The position numbers and the translations under genes are program-made. A model generated the notes under the pieces. That model was given only the letters and a program-made list of their open reading frames with translations. It had not been told where the DNA came from and ran no database searches. Shown one piece after another: positions 1-9,529 of a DNA stretch of 64,000 bases. This DNA is from Candidatus Aminicenantes bacterium. GTDB taxonomy: Bacteria; Acidobacteriota; Aminicenantia; Aminicenantales; JAFGAV01. Position 1 is the stretch's first letter, and each line of letters begins with the position of its first letter. The stretch lies in contig OY970122.1 in the NCBI GenBank assembly GCA_963705895.1, positions 588,744 to 652,743 of the forward strand, read 5' to 3'.

Positions 1-1104
1 AGGCAGCGAGGTGGCGGCCGTGACGATCTTGGCCAGGAGAACCCCGAGCAGGATGCCGATCAGGCCGCCCGCGGCCGAGATGGCCGACGATTCGATCAAG
101 AACTGAAGGAGGATGTCCCGGCGCTTGGCTCCCACGGCTATCCGGATCCCGATCTCCTTGGTCCGCTCCGTGACCGAGACGAGCATGATGTTCATGACCA
201 CGATCCCGCCCACGATCAGGGAAATGGCGGCGATGGCGATCATGGCGAAGTAGATGCCCCCGGTGGCCGTCTTGTAGAGCGAGATGAACGTATCCGAGGT
301 CTGGAAGGAGAAATCGTCCGGCTTATCGAAGGTCACGTGCCTCTTGGAGCGGAGGACGGTCCGGACCTCTTCCTGGGCGCGGGCCATATCGTCCTGGCTG
401 GCGGTGTGAATGCTGATCGTGATCGTCCGGCGTGAGCCGTAGATCTTCTGGAAGGTCGTGATGGGGATGCGGACGAAGTTGTCCTGGCTGAAGCCCAGCA
501 TCTTGCCCTTTCGCTGGCCGAGGCCCACGACCTGGAAGTTGTCGGCGCCGACCTTGAGCCACTTGCCCAGGGGGTCGAGCCCGGCGAACAGCCCGTCGGC
601 GATGTCCGCGCCGATGATGCACACGTTGCGGGCGTGGTCCACATCCTCGCGCTGGAAGTGGCGGCCCTGGTCCAGCTCCAGGACCGAGCCGATCAAATGG
701 CTGTTCGAGGTCACCCCGCGGATCTCCACGTCCTTGAGGCTCTTGCTCCGGTACTTGACCGTGCCGTTCGTGCTGACGTTGGCCCCGACGAGCTCGCAGG
801 ACCTGCATTTCTCGCGGAGCAGGTTCATATCGTCCAGGGTCAGGTCCTTGCGCTTGAGCTGTTCCTTGAAGTCCTTGAGGGACGTGCCCACGAAGGAGAA
901 CTTGGAGACGGCGAAATCGTTAGCCCCGTAGAAGGACATCTTGGTGTAAACGTAGTTGTTCAGCCCCTGAATGACCGAGATTACGGCGATGACCGTCAGG
1001 ACGCCGATGATGATCCCGAGCAGGGTCAAAAAGGTGCGCAGCTTGTTGCCCCACAGGGAGGCCATCCCCATGGACAGCGATTCTCTTACGTTGATATTGG
1101 CCAT
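1..1104 (-). CDS. ABC transporter permease, FtsX/MacB family (partial; C-terminal part runs off the window start)
   Basis: Reverse translation from the ATG at 1102-1104 reads [35 protein letters not shown]... through the typical MacB periplasmic domain and the C-terminal FtsX TM bundle (...[21 protein letters not shown]...). Open to position 1; not in the ORF track because the stop is outside the window. Confidence 0.75.
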   Translation of the reverse strand, partial: MANINVRESLSMGMASLWGNKLRTFLTLLGIIIGVLTVIAVISVIQGLNNYVYTKMSFYGANDFAVSKFSFVGTSLKDFKEQLKRKDLTLDDMNLLREKCRSCELVGANVSTNGTVKYRSKSLKDVEIRGVTSNSHLIGSVLELDQGRHFQREDVDHARNVCIIGADIADGLFAGLDPLGKWLKVGADNFQVVGLGQRKGKMLGFSQDNFVRIPITTFQKIYGSRRTITISIHTASQDDMARAQEEVRTVLRSKRHVTFDKPDDFSFQTSDTFISLYKTATGGIYFAMIAIAAISLIVGGIVVMNIMLVSVTERTKEIGIRIAVGAKRRDILLQFLIESSAISAAGGLIGILLGVLLAKIVTAATSLP

Positions 1105-1236
1105 TTGTCTCGGTCCTTAATAATAATGTATACGAGCCCCCGTTTCAAAAGTTTCGAGTGGGCGGGCACGTATTTCCCCCGGCGGCGCTGTTTCTTGACA
1201 ATTTCTGCCCGAAAAGGACAAAATGAAAAGGATCGC

Positions 1237-1815
1237 ATGTCGGAAGCCCGAAAGATCGCCTGTCTTTATTTCGAGGAGCCGGGACCGCTCAATACCCGGG
1301 CAACCCTCGAACGCGCCGCCGAGCGCGCCGCGGAGTTGGACGTGCGGAGCATCGTTGTGGCCTCGTCCTCGGGCCGGACGGGGATGCTGGCCGCCGGACT
1401 TTTCCCGGGCCGCAACCTCGTCGTCGTGACGCATTCGACGGGTTTCGCCCAGCCCGATGTTCAGGAGATGCCGGCCGAGTCCCGTCGAGCACTGGAGCAG
1501 GCCGGGGCCAGGGTCCTTACCGCCCAGCACGCCCTGGGCGGCGTCGGCCGGGCCGTCCGCAAGAAGCTGGGGACCTATGAGGTCGACGAGATCATGGCCT
1601 TCACCCTCCGCGTTCTCGGCCAAGGTAGCAAAGTAGCCGTCGAGGTCTCACTCATGGCCGCCGACGCGGGGCTCGTATCGACCCGGGAGCCCTGCATCGC
1701 CGTGGGCGGGACGGGCGGCGGCGCCGACACGGCCCTCCTCCTCCGGCCGGCCAACGCCCAGAATTTCTTTGACCTTCGGGTCATGGAATTCCTGGCCAAG
1801 CCGAGGCAGTGGTGA
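1237..1815 (+). CDS. pyruvate kinase C-terminal (alpha/beta) domain-like protein, standalone; hypothetical
   Basis: In-frame ATG at residue 202 of the 634..1815 ORF, which otherwise overlaps the opposite-strand permease gene. MSEARKIACLYFEEPGPLNTRATLERAAERAAELDVRSIVVASSSGRTG... resembles the pyruvate kinase C-terminal domain. Confidence 0.5.
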   Translation: MSEARKIACLYFEEPGPLNTRATLERAAERAAELDVRSIVVASSSGRTGMLAAGLFPGRNLVVVTHSTGFAQPDVQEMPAESRRALEQAGARVLTAQHALGGVGRAVRKKLGTYEVDEIMAFTLRVLGQGSKVAVEVSLMAADAGLVSTREPCIAVGGTGGGADTALLLRPANAQNFFDLRVMEFLAKPRQW

Positions 1816-1851
1816 GCCCTCGATCCTCAAGGATTACCCAAGGAGTCATTG

Positions 1852-2433
1852 ATGGTCCAGAAGAGAATCGTCCCGCTAATCATCGTTCTTTCCCTTCTCG
1901 TGTCCGTGCCCAGCGTGTTCGGACAAGTCGGCTTGTACGGCGGGTTCTTCGGCGGCTACTCGTCGCAGAAGCCGAGCCTCCCGGACGCGAGCACTCTGTT
2001 CAACACGAACACCACGTTTTGCTACGGCTTGCGCCTAGGGGTGAAGATCCTGATGATCGACATCGAGGGCACCTATATGCAGGCCTCCCACAACATCAAC
2101 TGGCAGAGCGGCCTCCTTCCGGATTGGAACGGAAGGCAAGTGGATTATAATTATGTCGGGGTTAACCTGAAGTATCTCTTTTCCTTGCCCGTGATCACTC
2201 CTTACCTGACCGTCGGGTACGGCTATTACTCGGCCAGCATCTGGCAGAAAGACAAGGGCAGTGACGGCGGCTGGAATTTCGGCGGCGGGCTCGAAGTCCG
2301 CCTGGGCAAACGGATCGGGATCGTCGTCGAGGGAAAATACCACCACGCCGTCGTGGACCTGAATATCCTGCACTTCCAGCTGGGTCTGGGCGATTTCACC
2401 CTGACCGGAGGCCTGAACGTCTACCTCTTCTAG
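1852..2433 (+). CDS. outer-membrane beta-barrel protein (OmpA-like/porin-family barrel), signal peptide
   Basis: AAGGAG RBS 7 nt upstream of the ATG. Signal peptide MVQKRIVPLIIVLSLLVSVPSVFGQ, alternating Gly/aromatic beta-strand pattern, C-terminal ...NVYLF with terminal Phe typical of outer-membrane proteins. Confidence 0.6.
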   Translation: MVQKRIVPLIIVLSLLVSVPSVFGQVGLYGGFFGGYSSQKPSLPDASTLFNTNTTFCYGLRLGVKILMIDIEGTYMQASHNINWQSGLLPDWNGRQVDYNYVGVNLKYLFSLPVITPYLTVGYGYYSASIWQKDKGSDGGWNFGGGLEVRLGKRIGIVVEGKYHHAVVDLNILHFQLGLGDFTLTGGLNVYLF

Positions 2434-2460
2434 CCCGCTCGCGTCGCCCGTAGATTCCCG

Positions 2461-3210
2461 ATGACCATCCGCCTCAACAAGTTCCTGGCCCGGGCCGGGA
2501 TCGCCTCCCGTCGGGAGTCCGATCGGCTCATCAGCGCGGGCCGGGTCAAGATCAACGGCCGGGTCGTTTCCGAGCTGGGAACCCAGGTAGACGAGGAACG
2601 CGACCGCGTCGAGGTGGCCGGCCGGACCGTTCCCGCCCGTCAACGGATGGTTTACATCCTGCTGAACAAGCCGGCCGGGTTGCTCGTGACCATGAAGGAT
2701 CCCCTGGGCCGGCCGACGATCCGAAAGCTTCTGCCCGGATTGCCTCCGGGAGTCGTCCCGGTGGGACGGCTGGACTTCGACAGTGAAGGTCTCCTCCTTC
2801 TGACGAATGACGGTGAGCTGGCCTTTCGTTTGACGCATCCCCGCTATGAGGTCCCCAAGACATACATCGTCCGTGTCGACGGTCCGATCGAACCGGAAGC
2901 CGTCGCCCGCTTGGCCAAGGGCGTCGTCCTCGAGGGGGTCAAGGCCGTCCCCGACAAGGTCGTCCTGCTCGAAAGCGGCACGGGGCACACTCAATTGCGG
3001 GTCGAACTCCATGAAGGGCGGAACCGGGAGGTTCGGCGGATGATCGAAGCGGTCGGCCGTCGAGTGACGAAGTTGAGGCGCGTGGCTTTGGCCGGGCTGA
3101 CCCTGAGGAACGTCCCCTGCGGCGAGTGGCGGACGCTCACCGGCCGCGAGGTCTCATCTCTCCAGAAAATGGTCGGGCTGACCGGCCCTCGCCGCCCGCC
3201 GGGCGAATAG
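2461..3210 (+). CDS. rluB: pseudouridine synthase, RsuA/RluB family (S4 domain + catalytic domain)
   Basis: N-terminal S4 motif MTIRLNKFLARAGIASRRESDRLISAGRVKINGRVV followed by the PSUS core ...VYILLNKPAGLLVTMKDPLGRPTI...GRLDFDSEGLLLLTNDGELA. Confidence 0.8.
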   Translation: MTIRLNKFLARAGIASRRESDRLISAGRVKINGRVVSELGTQVDEERDRVEVAGRTVPARQRMVYILLNKPAGLLVTMKDPLGRPTIRKLLPGLPPGVVPVGRLDFDSEGLLLLTNDGELAFRLTHPRYEVPKTYIVRVDGPIEPEAVARLAKGVVLEGVKAVPDKVVLLESGTGHTQLRVELHEGRNREVRRMIEAVGRRVTKLRRVALAGLTLRNVPCGEWRTLTGREVSSLQKMVGLTGPRRPPGE

Positions 3211-3233
3211 CCGACGGCCCGGGGCTGGCCCGA

Positions 3234-5678
3234 TCAATCGGACTTTTCCGGAGCCGAACCCGCTTCCTTGAGCGTCTGAGCCAGACGCTGGAGCTCCTGA
3301 TCGACGAGGAAGTGGACCGTTCCCTCCTCGAAGCTGCCGTCCTCTTGGCGTGCCCCGGCCTTCACTCCGGTCAGGATCTCGATGCCGCGGTCGATGGAGT
3401 CAACGGGGTAGATGTGGAACCGGCCTTTCTTGACGGCCTCCACGACCTCCGGCCGGAGCATCAGGTTCTGGACGTTCTGGTGAGGCATGATGATCCCCTG
3501 GGTCCCGGTCAGGCCTTTGGACTTGCAGACGTCGAAGAAGCCCTCGACCTTCTCGTTGATCCCGCCGATGGGCTGGATTTCTCCCATCTGGTTCAAGGAG
3601 CCGGTCACGGCCAGGTCCTGGCGCAGGGGGAGCCGCGACAGGCTGGACACGATGGCGTAGACCTCGGTCGAGGAGGCGCTATCGCCGTCGACCCCGCCGT
3701 AGCTCTGCTCGAAGGCGATGCTGGCCGACATGGACAGGGGCTTGTTCTGAGCGTACTGGCCGCGAAGGTATCCGGCCAGGATGAGCACGCCCTTGTTGTG
3801 GGTCCGGCCGCTCAGGTCGGCCTCGCGCTCGATGTTGATGATGCCCGTTCGCCCGACCGAGGTCTGGGCCGTGATGCGAGTCGGCTTGCCGAAGGCGAAC
3901 TGGCCCATGTCGTAAACGGACAGGCCGTTGACCTGGCCGACCACGGCTCCCTGGGTGTCGATAAGGATGCTGCCCTCATCGATCATCTCCTGGATCTTGT
4001 CCTCAATGAGGCTGACCCTCTCGAACCGTTCCAGGACGGCCCGGTCCACGTGCTTGCGCGTGACCGTGTCCTTCTTGTCCTTCGTCGCCCAGTAGCTCGC
4101 CTCGCGGATCACATCGGCGATGATATTGAACCGGGTGGAGACCTTCTTCTGGCGACCGGCCACCCGGGTGCCGTACTCGATCACCGCGGCGATGCCCTCC
4201 CGGTCGAAGGCGTTCAGCCCGTCCTCCTTGCAGATCTTTTGGATGAAGCTGGCGTAGTCGCCCACGGTCTGGTCCGTCTTATCGATCTCGGAATCGAACT
4301 CGGCCTTGATCTTGAAGATCTTGCGGAACTCCGTGTCCATGAAATAGAGGAGGTTGTAGATCTCGTCCTCGCCGATCATGACCACTTTGACGTTGACCTT
4401 GATGGGCTGGGGCTTGAGACTCTTGGGGCTGAAGAGGAACAGCGAAGCGAAATTCTGGATCTCGAAGGTCTGGTTGCGGAGGGTCCTTTTCAAGGTAGGC
4501 CAGACTCCCGATTCGACGAGCGCGTCCAGGGCGTTGATGATGAGATATCCGCCGTTGGCCTTGAGGAAGGAGCCGGCCTTGATCCGGGTGAAATCGGTCT
4601 GCCAGGCGCCGAAGCGGGCGGGCGCGGATTCGATCGAGCCGAAAAGGTTCATGTAGCTCGGGTTGTTCTCGATGATCACCGGGGCGTGGGTCATCTCGCT
4701 GTTGTCCACGAGAAGGTTGACCCGGTATTCGAGGAAGGGGTCGATGAGCTCCCGTTCCCGCTCGGGAACCTCGTCCTCCTTCTTGGGTCCCTTGAACAGG
4801 TCGATGTTCTTGATGAGGTTATCCTCGACCTCGCCGAAATAATCGACGGTTTGGGGGTAGGGGAAATCGGCGCGCAGGCCGTTCACTCCGTCGTTGATGA
4901 CCGGAGTGATCGCCTCTTCGTCCCAGGACTTGAGGTGGGTCCGGGTGTCCTCCTCTATGTCCCGCAGGCTGCCGAAGACCTGCTCCAGCTTGTCCGATAG
5001 CTCGTCGTAGCGTTTCTTCAGGTCGTCCAGGGCCTCGGGCGGGAACTTCTTGTCCTTGACCAGGGCTTCCAGCTTGGGGAAGGGGGTGGGCACGCCCTCG
5101 ATCACCGGGATGAGGTCGGGTTTGACGAACAGGCCCATCTGGACCTGGATCACCGAAAACCCCTTCTGGGCCACTTCGTCCTCGAAGGCTTTGAGGATGT
5201 TCTGCTGCTGCTTCTGGTGGGACTCGATGATCTCGTTCCGCCGGCCGGAGTAGTACTGGCTCTTGACCAGTTCGGGCACGTTCTGCTTGAGGCGATCGAT
5301 GAGCTTGTTCAGGCTCTCGACGAAAAGCTTGCCCTTGCCCGCGGGCAGGACGATCAGCCGCGGCTCGTCGGTGTTCTTGAAGTTGTTGACGAAGAGGATG
5401 TCATCGGGGATGGGTTCGCCCTTCTTCAACCGCTCCAGAAGCTGCTTGATGGTCGTGGTCCGGCCCGTGCCGACCATGCCGCTGATGAAGATGTTGTAGC
5501 CCAGGGTCTTGATGTCCAGGCCGGTCTTGAGCGACCGGAGGGCCCTCTGCTGGCCGATGATCTCCGCGCAGGGCTCATACTGGGAGGTGGTGGGAAAAAG
5601 GATCTTGTCCGCGGGGCAGGTCCAGCGAAGCTTATTGGGAGTGAGTTCCGGAAACTTGTCCGCCTTCTTGAGGTCCAT
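3234..5678 (-). CDS. Lon-like ATP-dependent protease (AAA+ ATPase + S16 peptidase domain; LonB/LonC/YcbZ-like)
   Basis: Walker A ISGMVGTGRTTTIKQLLERL; C-terminal S16 protease region ...GPSAGIAMFTS...GEIQPIGGINEKVEGF.... Start placed at the ATG (MDLKKADKF) preceded by AAGGAG 6 nt upstream; the ORF is open further to 5744 (alternative start). Confidence 0.75.
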   Translation of the reverse strand: MDLKKADKFPELTPNKLRWTCPADKILFPTTSQYEPCAEIIGQQRALRSLKTGLDIKTLGYNIFISGMVGTGRTTTIKQLLERLKKGEPIPDDILFVNNFKNTDEPRLIVLPAGKGKLFVESLNKLIDRLKQNVPELVKSQYYSGRRNEIIESHQKQQQNILKAFEDEVAQKGFSVIQVQMGLFVKPDLIPVIEGVPTPFPKLEALVKDKKFPPEALDDLKKRYDELSDKLEQVFGSLRDIEEDTRTHLKSWDEEAITPVINDGVNGLRADFPYPQTVDYFGEVEDNLIKNIDLFKGPKKEDEVPERERELIDPFLEYRVNLLVDNSEMTHAPVIIENNPSYMNLFGSIESAPARFGAWQTDFTRIKAGSFLKANGGYLIINALDALVESGVWPTLKRTLRNQTFEIQNFASLFLFSPKSLKPQPIKVNVKVVMIGEDEIYNLLYFMDTEFRKIFKIKAEFDSEIDKTDQTVGDYASFIQKICKEDGLNAFDREGIAAVIEYGTRVAGRQKKVSTRFNIIADVIREASYWATKDKKDTVTRKHVDRAVLERFERVSLIEDKIQEMIDEGSILIDTQGAVVGQVNGLSVYDMGQFAFGKPTRITAQTSVGRTGIINIEREADLSGRTHNKGVLILAGYLRGQYAQNKPLSMSASIAFEQSYGGVDGDSASSTEVYAIVSSLSRLPLRQDLAVTGSLNQMGEIQPIGGINEKVEGFFDVCKSKGLTGTQGIIMPHQNVQNLMLRPEVVEAVKKGRFHIYPVDSIDRGIEILTGVKAGARQEDGSFEEGTVHFLVDQELQRLAQTLKEAGSAPEKSD

Positions 5679-5784
5679 GAAGATCTCCTTTGCCGCGCAG
5701 GCCGTCGGGATGAACATTTTTGCATAGATATCGGGGAAAAACAACCCGTGAAAACTCGTGCAAATCGGCGGATGATTTGCTACA

Positions 5785-6936
5785 ATGGGGCGAACATCGG
5801 AGGCTTATGCCGTGGACACTGAGATTCGCATCGATAAAGTCAGAACCCGAAGAGAGTTCAAGCTCTACCGCGATTTTCCCCGCGCCGTCTATAAGAATGA
5901 CTCGAACTGGGTCCCGCCTCTGAACATGGATTTCAAGGAAAAGCTGGACAGGAAAAAGAATCCCTTCTTCGAGCACGCCGACCGCGAGCTGTTCCTGGCC
6001 TATCGCGGCAATCGCGTCGTGGGCCGCGTCCTGGGCATCGTCGATGACAACCACAACGCGTTTCATGACGAAAAGGTCGTTTTCTTCGGACAGTACGAGA
6101 GCTTCAACGAGCCGGACGTGACCAGGGCTCTGCTCCACGCGGTCGCGGCCTGGGGCCGCGACAAGGGCATGACCATCCTCCGGGGGCCGGTCAATATCTC
6201 CCTGAACGACGAATGCGCCATGCTCATCGAGGGCTTCGATTCCCCTCCCGCGGTCATGATGCCGTACAACCCCGAGTATTACAACGACCTCATGGGTCAG
6301 TTCGGCCTGGTCAAGGCCAAGGACCTTCTGGCTTTCATAATGCACCGTGACCACAAGACGGTCGCCGACGTCAAGACCATCGTCGACAAGTTCCAGCGCG
6401 AGAGCAAGATCACCGTCCGCCCATTCACCATGAAGGAATGGAAGCGGGAAGCGGAGATCATCAAGTTCCTCTACAACAACGCCTGGGAACGGAACTGGGG
6501 CTTCGTCCCCTGGACGGAGCGCGAGATGGACCATATGGTCAAAACTCTCCGGCCCCTGGGCGACGCGGACATCATCGGCATCGCCGAGGATGAAGGCAAG
6601 CCCATCGGCTTCGGGTTCGCTTTCCCCAACTACAACGAAGTCCTGATCAAGATGAACGGCCGACTGACGCCCTTGTCCATGCTCAAGTTTCTTTGGCTGC
6701 GGAAACGAATCAAGGGGGTCCGCATCCTGGTCTTCGGCGTCCTTAAGCCCTACCGCCTGACCGGGGTGAGTTACTTGCTCTTTTCCTTTCTCCAACAGAA
6801 CATCCTGCGCAAGCGATACCAATGGGCCGAGACGTCCTGGCAGCTCGAGGACAATGAAGCCGTCAACAAGTTCGTGATGTCGGTCGGCGGCAAGGTCTAT
6901 AAAAAGTACAGGATCTATGAGAAGAAGCTGGCCTGA
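5785..6936 (+). CDS. GNAT-fold N-acyltransferase-like protein (hypothetical, about 380 aa)
   Basis: Long ORF with coding-like composition, divergent from the Lon-like gene. Central region (…VVFFGQYESFNEPDVTRALLHAVAAWGRDKGMTILRGPVNISLNDECAMLIEGF...) looks like an acyl-CoA N-acyltransferase fold; not identified more precisely. Confidence 0.5.
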   Translation: MGRTSEAYAVDTEIRIDKVRTRREFKLYRDFPRAVYKNDSNWVPPLNMDFKEKLDRKKNPFFEHADRELFLAYRGNRVVGRVLGIVDDNHNAFHDEKVVFFGQYESFNEPDVTRALLHAVAAWGRDKGMTILRGPVNISLNDECAMLIEGFDSPPAVMMPYNPEYYNDLMGQFGLVKAKDLLAFIMHRDHKTVADVKTIVDKFQRESKITVRPFTMKEWKREAEIIKFLYNNAWERNWGFVPWTEREMDHMVKTLRPLGDADIIGIAEDEGKPIGFGFAFPNYNEVLIKMNGRLTPLSMLKFLWLRKRIKGVRILVFGVLKPYRLTGVSYLLFSFLQQNILRKRYQWAETSWQLEDNEAVNKFVMSVGGKVYKKYRIYEKKLA

Positions 6937-7058
6937 GCCTGGAGAACGGGCCGCGGGCTGAGCACCGGGGCCGAGGGGGTCGGGCTGTGCCGTTCGAGAA
7001 CATCCTGGTCAAAAAGGCGGACGGGAGTGGAGCGGCAAATAGCCGCAAGGAGAGTGCT

Positions 7059-7529
7059 ATGGAGAAATTCGAGGGCAAACTTCAGGCCAAGGGATTCAAG
7101 ATCGCCGTCGTCGTCAGCCGATTCAACGGATTTCTGACCGAGCGGCTCTTGGAAGGGGCCCTGGACGCCCTGACCAAGCTCGGGGCGGAGCCGACCGACG
7201 TGACCGTCTATAAGGTCCCCGGTGCATTCGAGATCCCGATCGTGGTCAAAAAGATCGCTAAAGCCAAGAAAGCGGACGGCGTCGTCTGCGTGGGCGCCCT
7301 GGTCCGGGGCGATACGCCTCACTTCGATTTTCTCAGCGCCGAGGTGACCAAGGGCATCGCTCAGATCTCGCTCCAGGACGGCCTGCCTTGCTCGTTCGGG
7401 ATCCTGACCGTGGACACCGTCGAACAGGGCATCGAACGGGCGGGCGCCAAGTCCGGGAACAAGGGCTGGGACGCCGTGATGACCCTGGTGGAAACGCTGA
7501 ACCTGCTCAAGAGTTCGGGTTTGGCCTGA
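7059..7529 (+). CDS. ribH: 6,7-dimethyl-8-ribityllumazine synthase
   Basis: MEKFEGKLQAKGFKIAVVVSRFNGFLTERLLEGALDAL...GAFEIPIVVKKIA...ALVRGDTPHFDFLSAEVTKGI is canonical RibH. AAGGAGAG RBS immediately upstream; classic ribH-nusB arrangement. Confidence 0.9.
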   Translation: MEKFEGKLQAKGFKIAVVVSRFNGFLTERLLEGALDALTKLGAEPTDVTVYKVPGAFEIPIVVKKIAKAKKADGVVCVGALVRGDTPHFDFLSAEVTKGIAQISLQDGLPCSFGILTVDTVEQGIERAGAKSGNKGWDAVMTLVETLNLLKSSGLA

Positions 7530-7544
7530 GCGTCCGACCGCATC

Positions 7545-8069
7545 ATGGGGGTTCGCCGAAAATCCAGAGAAGCCGCGCTCCAGCTTCTCTACCAGGCCGA
7601 GTTCGAGGAATCGGCCTCGAAGGCGGAGCTGGCCCGGTTTTGGGCGTCCCGTAAAGAGGACCGCTCGGTTCGCGAGTATGCCGATGAGCTCGTCCTGGGC
7701 ATCCTGGAGCATCGCGACGAGCTGGACAAGATGATCCAGGCGGTTTCGAAGAATTGGCGGGTTAGCCGGATGCCGATCATCGACCGCAACATCCTGCGGC
7801 TGGCGTCCTACGAGATGCGCTATGTGCCGGGGCTGGCTCCGGCCGTTGTCATCAACGAAGCCATCGAGATCGCCAAGCGTTACAGCGGCCAGGAAGCGTC
7901 CGTGTTCGTCAACGGCATCCTGGACGGGATCCGAAAGAGTGTCGAGCGTTCCGCGCCGCCCGCCGAGGGCGACCAACCTCCCCAAAAAGGAAAACGGAAT
8001 GAAAAAGGAACAGAGCCCGAAGCCCCCCGCCCCTCCGGCCGCGGGTCCCGGCGAAAGCAGCCTGAGTGA
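7545..8069 (+). CDS. nusB: transcription antitermination factor NusB (with low-complexity C-terminal extension)
   Basis: RRKSREAALQLLYQAEF...NWRVSRMPIIDRNILRLASYEM...VVINEAIEIAKRYSGQEASVFVNGILD is canonical NusB, directly downstream of ribH. The Pro/Gly/Arg-rich tail overlaps the lysS start. Confidence 0.85.
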   Translation: MGVRRKSREAALQLLYQAEFEESASKAELARFWASRKEDRSVREYADELVLGILEHRDELDKMIQAVSKNWRVSRMPIIDRNILRLASYEMRYVPGLAPAVVINEAIEIAKRYSGQEASVFVNGILDGIRKSVERSAPPAEGDQPPQKGKRNEKGTEPEAPRPSGRGSRRKQPE

Positions 8070-9528
8070 CCAGGAAGAGGCGCGCCGCGAGAAGCTGGCC
8101 AAGCTGGCGGAGCTCGGGGTCGATATCTTTCCGGTCAAGGTCGACCGGACACACTCGGTCTCCGACGTCGTTCGCGAGTTCTCCGCTCTGACCAGGGAGG
8201 AGCTTGAGACGCGGGCGGCGAGCGTGGCCGTTCCCGGACGGATCATGTCCATCCGGCGCATGGGCCGGGCCACCTTTTTCCACATCTCGGACGGGCGAGT
8301 CCGCCTCCAGGCCTACATCCGCGCCGACGTCGCCGGAACCAAGGCCTACGAGATTTTCAGCCTGTTCGACATCGGCGATCTGACGGCCGTCAAGGGTAAG
8401 CTGTTCAAAACCAAGACCGGCGAGCTGACGGTCCTGGTCGAGGGTCTGACCTTCCTGGGCAAGAGCCTCCACCCCCTGCCGGAGAAGTGGCATGGCCTGC
8501 AGGACATCGAGCTCCGCGTCCGGAAGAGATATCTCGACCTGATCATGAACCCCGAGGTGGGCGAGGTCTTCCGCCTGCGGAGCGCCGTCATCGCCCGCGT
8601 CCGCAAGTTCTTCGACGCCCGGGGCTACATGGAGGTCGAGACGCCCATGATGCAGGCCTTGCCCGGCGGCGCCCTGGCCCGGCCGTTCGAAACGTTCCAC
8701 AATGCTCTCGGGCTCGAGCTCTTCCTCCGCATCGCCCCCGAGCTGTACCTCAAGCGGCTCGTGGTGGGAGGGTTCGAGAAGGTCTATGAGATCAACCGCA
8801 ACTTCCGGAACGAGGGCATCGACGCCGAGCACAACCCGGAATTCACCATGCTCGAGTTTTACGAGGCCTACGCCGATTACGGCGACATGATGAACATGAC
8901 CGAAGAGCTGTTCCTCGAGCTGTCGACGACCCTCCTCGGCAAGGACGAGGTCCGCTTCGGGGAGGAAACGATCTCCTTCAAGCGGCCCTGGAAACGGATC
9001 AAGTTCATGGAGGCCGTCAGCACGTTCAGCGGTTTGGCTCCCAGCCGGTTTGCCGACCGACAAGGAGTCGTGGAATACGCCGGGACCCTGACTCCGGATA
9101 AGCCTCCTCTGACCTACGGCAAGGCCCTGGACATCATCTTCGACAAGCACGTCAAGCACAACCTCGTCCAGCCGACATTCGTCACGAACCCGCCCATAGA
9201 AGTCTCTCCCTTGGCCAAGCCGGCCCGGGACAACCCGGATGAGGCCGAGCGGTTCGAGCTCATAGTGGCCGGGATGGAGCTGGCCAACGCCTTCAGCGAG
9301 CTCTCCGACCCGGTCGACCAGCGGCGCCGGTTCGAACAGCAGGCCGAGGAAAAGAAACGGGGGGTTACCGAGGCGCACCCCATCGACACGGACTACATCG
9401 AGGCCCTGGAATACGGATTGCCGCCCACCGGCGGGGAGGGGATCGGCATCGACCGGCTGGTCATGCTTTTGACGAACCGGCGCTCGATCCGCGACGTCAT
9501 CCTCTTCCCCCTGCTTCGGCCGCGCTGA
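7999..9528 (+). CDS. lysS: lysine--tRNA ligase (class II)
   Basis: Start taken at the in-frame ATG (MKKEQSPKPP...) within the 7822..9528 ORF; upstream of it the frame overlaps nusB. Anticodon-binding and class II motifs: ...ELETRAASVAVPGRIMSIRRMGRATFFHISDG..., ...FRNEGIDAEHNPEFTMLEFYEAYADY..., ...GIGIDRLVMLLT.... Confidence 0.9.
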   Translation: MKKEQSPKPPAPPAAGPGESSLSDQEEARREKLAKLAELGVDIFPVKVDRTHSVSDVVREFSALTREELETRAASVAVPGRIMSIRRMGRATFFHISDGRVRLQAYIRADVAGTKAYEIFSLFDIGDLTAVKGKLFKTKTGELTVLVEGLTFLGKSLHPLPEKWHGLQDIELRVRKRYLDLIMNPEVGEVFRLRSAVIARVRKFFDARGYMEVETPMMQALPGGALARPFETFHNALGLELFLRIAPELYLKRLVVGGFEKVYEINRNFRNEGIDAEHNPEFTMLEFYEAYADYGDMMNMTEELFLELSTTLLGKDEVRFGEETISFKRPWKRIKFMEAVSTFSGLAPSRFADRQGVVEYAGTLTPDKPPLTYGKALDIIFDKHVKHNLVQPTFVTNPPIEVSPLAKPARDNPDEAERFELIVAGMELANAFSELSDPVDQRRRFEQQAEEKKRGVTEAHPIDTDYIEALEYGLPPTGGEGIGIDRLVMLLTNRRSIRDVILFPLLRPR

Positions 9529-9529
9529 G

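Noticed and set aside
1223-1429. Small ORFs (1223..1429 +, 1289..1492 -, 1575..1799 -, 1648..1830 -) inside the pyruvate-kinase-C-like gene
   Set aside because: Alternate frames of a coding region; low-complexity translations.
3126-5000. 624-aa plus-strand ORF antisense to the Lon-like gene. Similar long antisense or alternate-frame ORFs: 2035..3012(-), 6915..8285(-), 7909..9378(-), 9593..10624(-), 12588..13412(-), 14830..15666(-), 15819..16553(-), 16651..17379(-), 17774..19027(+), 23367..24509(+), 25782..26747(+), 31227..32003(-), 32000..33334(-), 35382..36479(-), 42836..43723(+), 48712..49713(+), 49508..50371(-), 53049..53765(-), 53420..54394(+), 54630..55493(+), 59628..60479(+), 60925..62280(+)
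   Set aside because: Arg/Gly/Pro/Asp-rich low-complexity translations typical of stop-poor alternate frames in 65% GC DNA. Each overlaps a gene on the other strand or frame that has clear family motifs.
3234-5744. Lon-like protease as BrxL of a BREX defence system
   Set aside because: No brxA/B/C, pglX or pglZ genes nearby; neighbours are housekeeping genes.
6937-7058. Possible FMN riboswitch upstream of ribH
   Set aside because: Only about 120 nt and lacks the conserved RFN-element core sequences. ribH here is not preceded by other rib genes.
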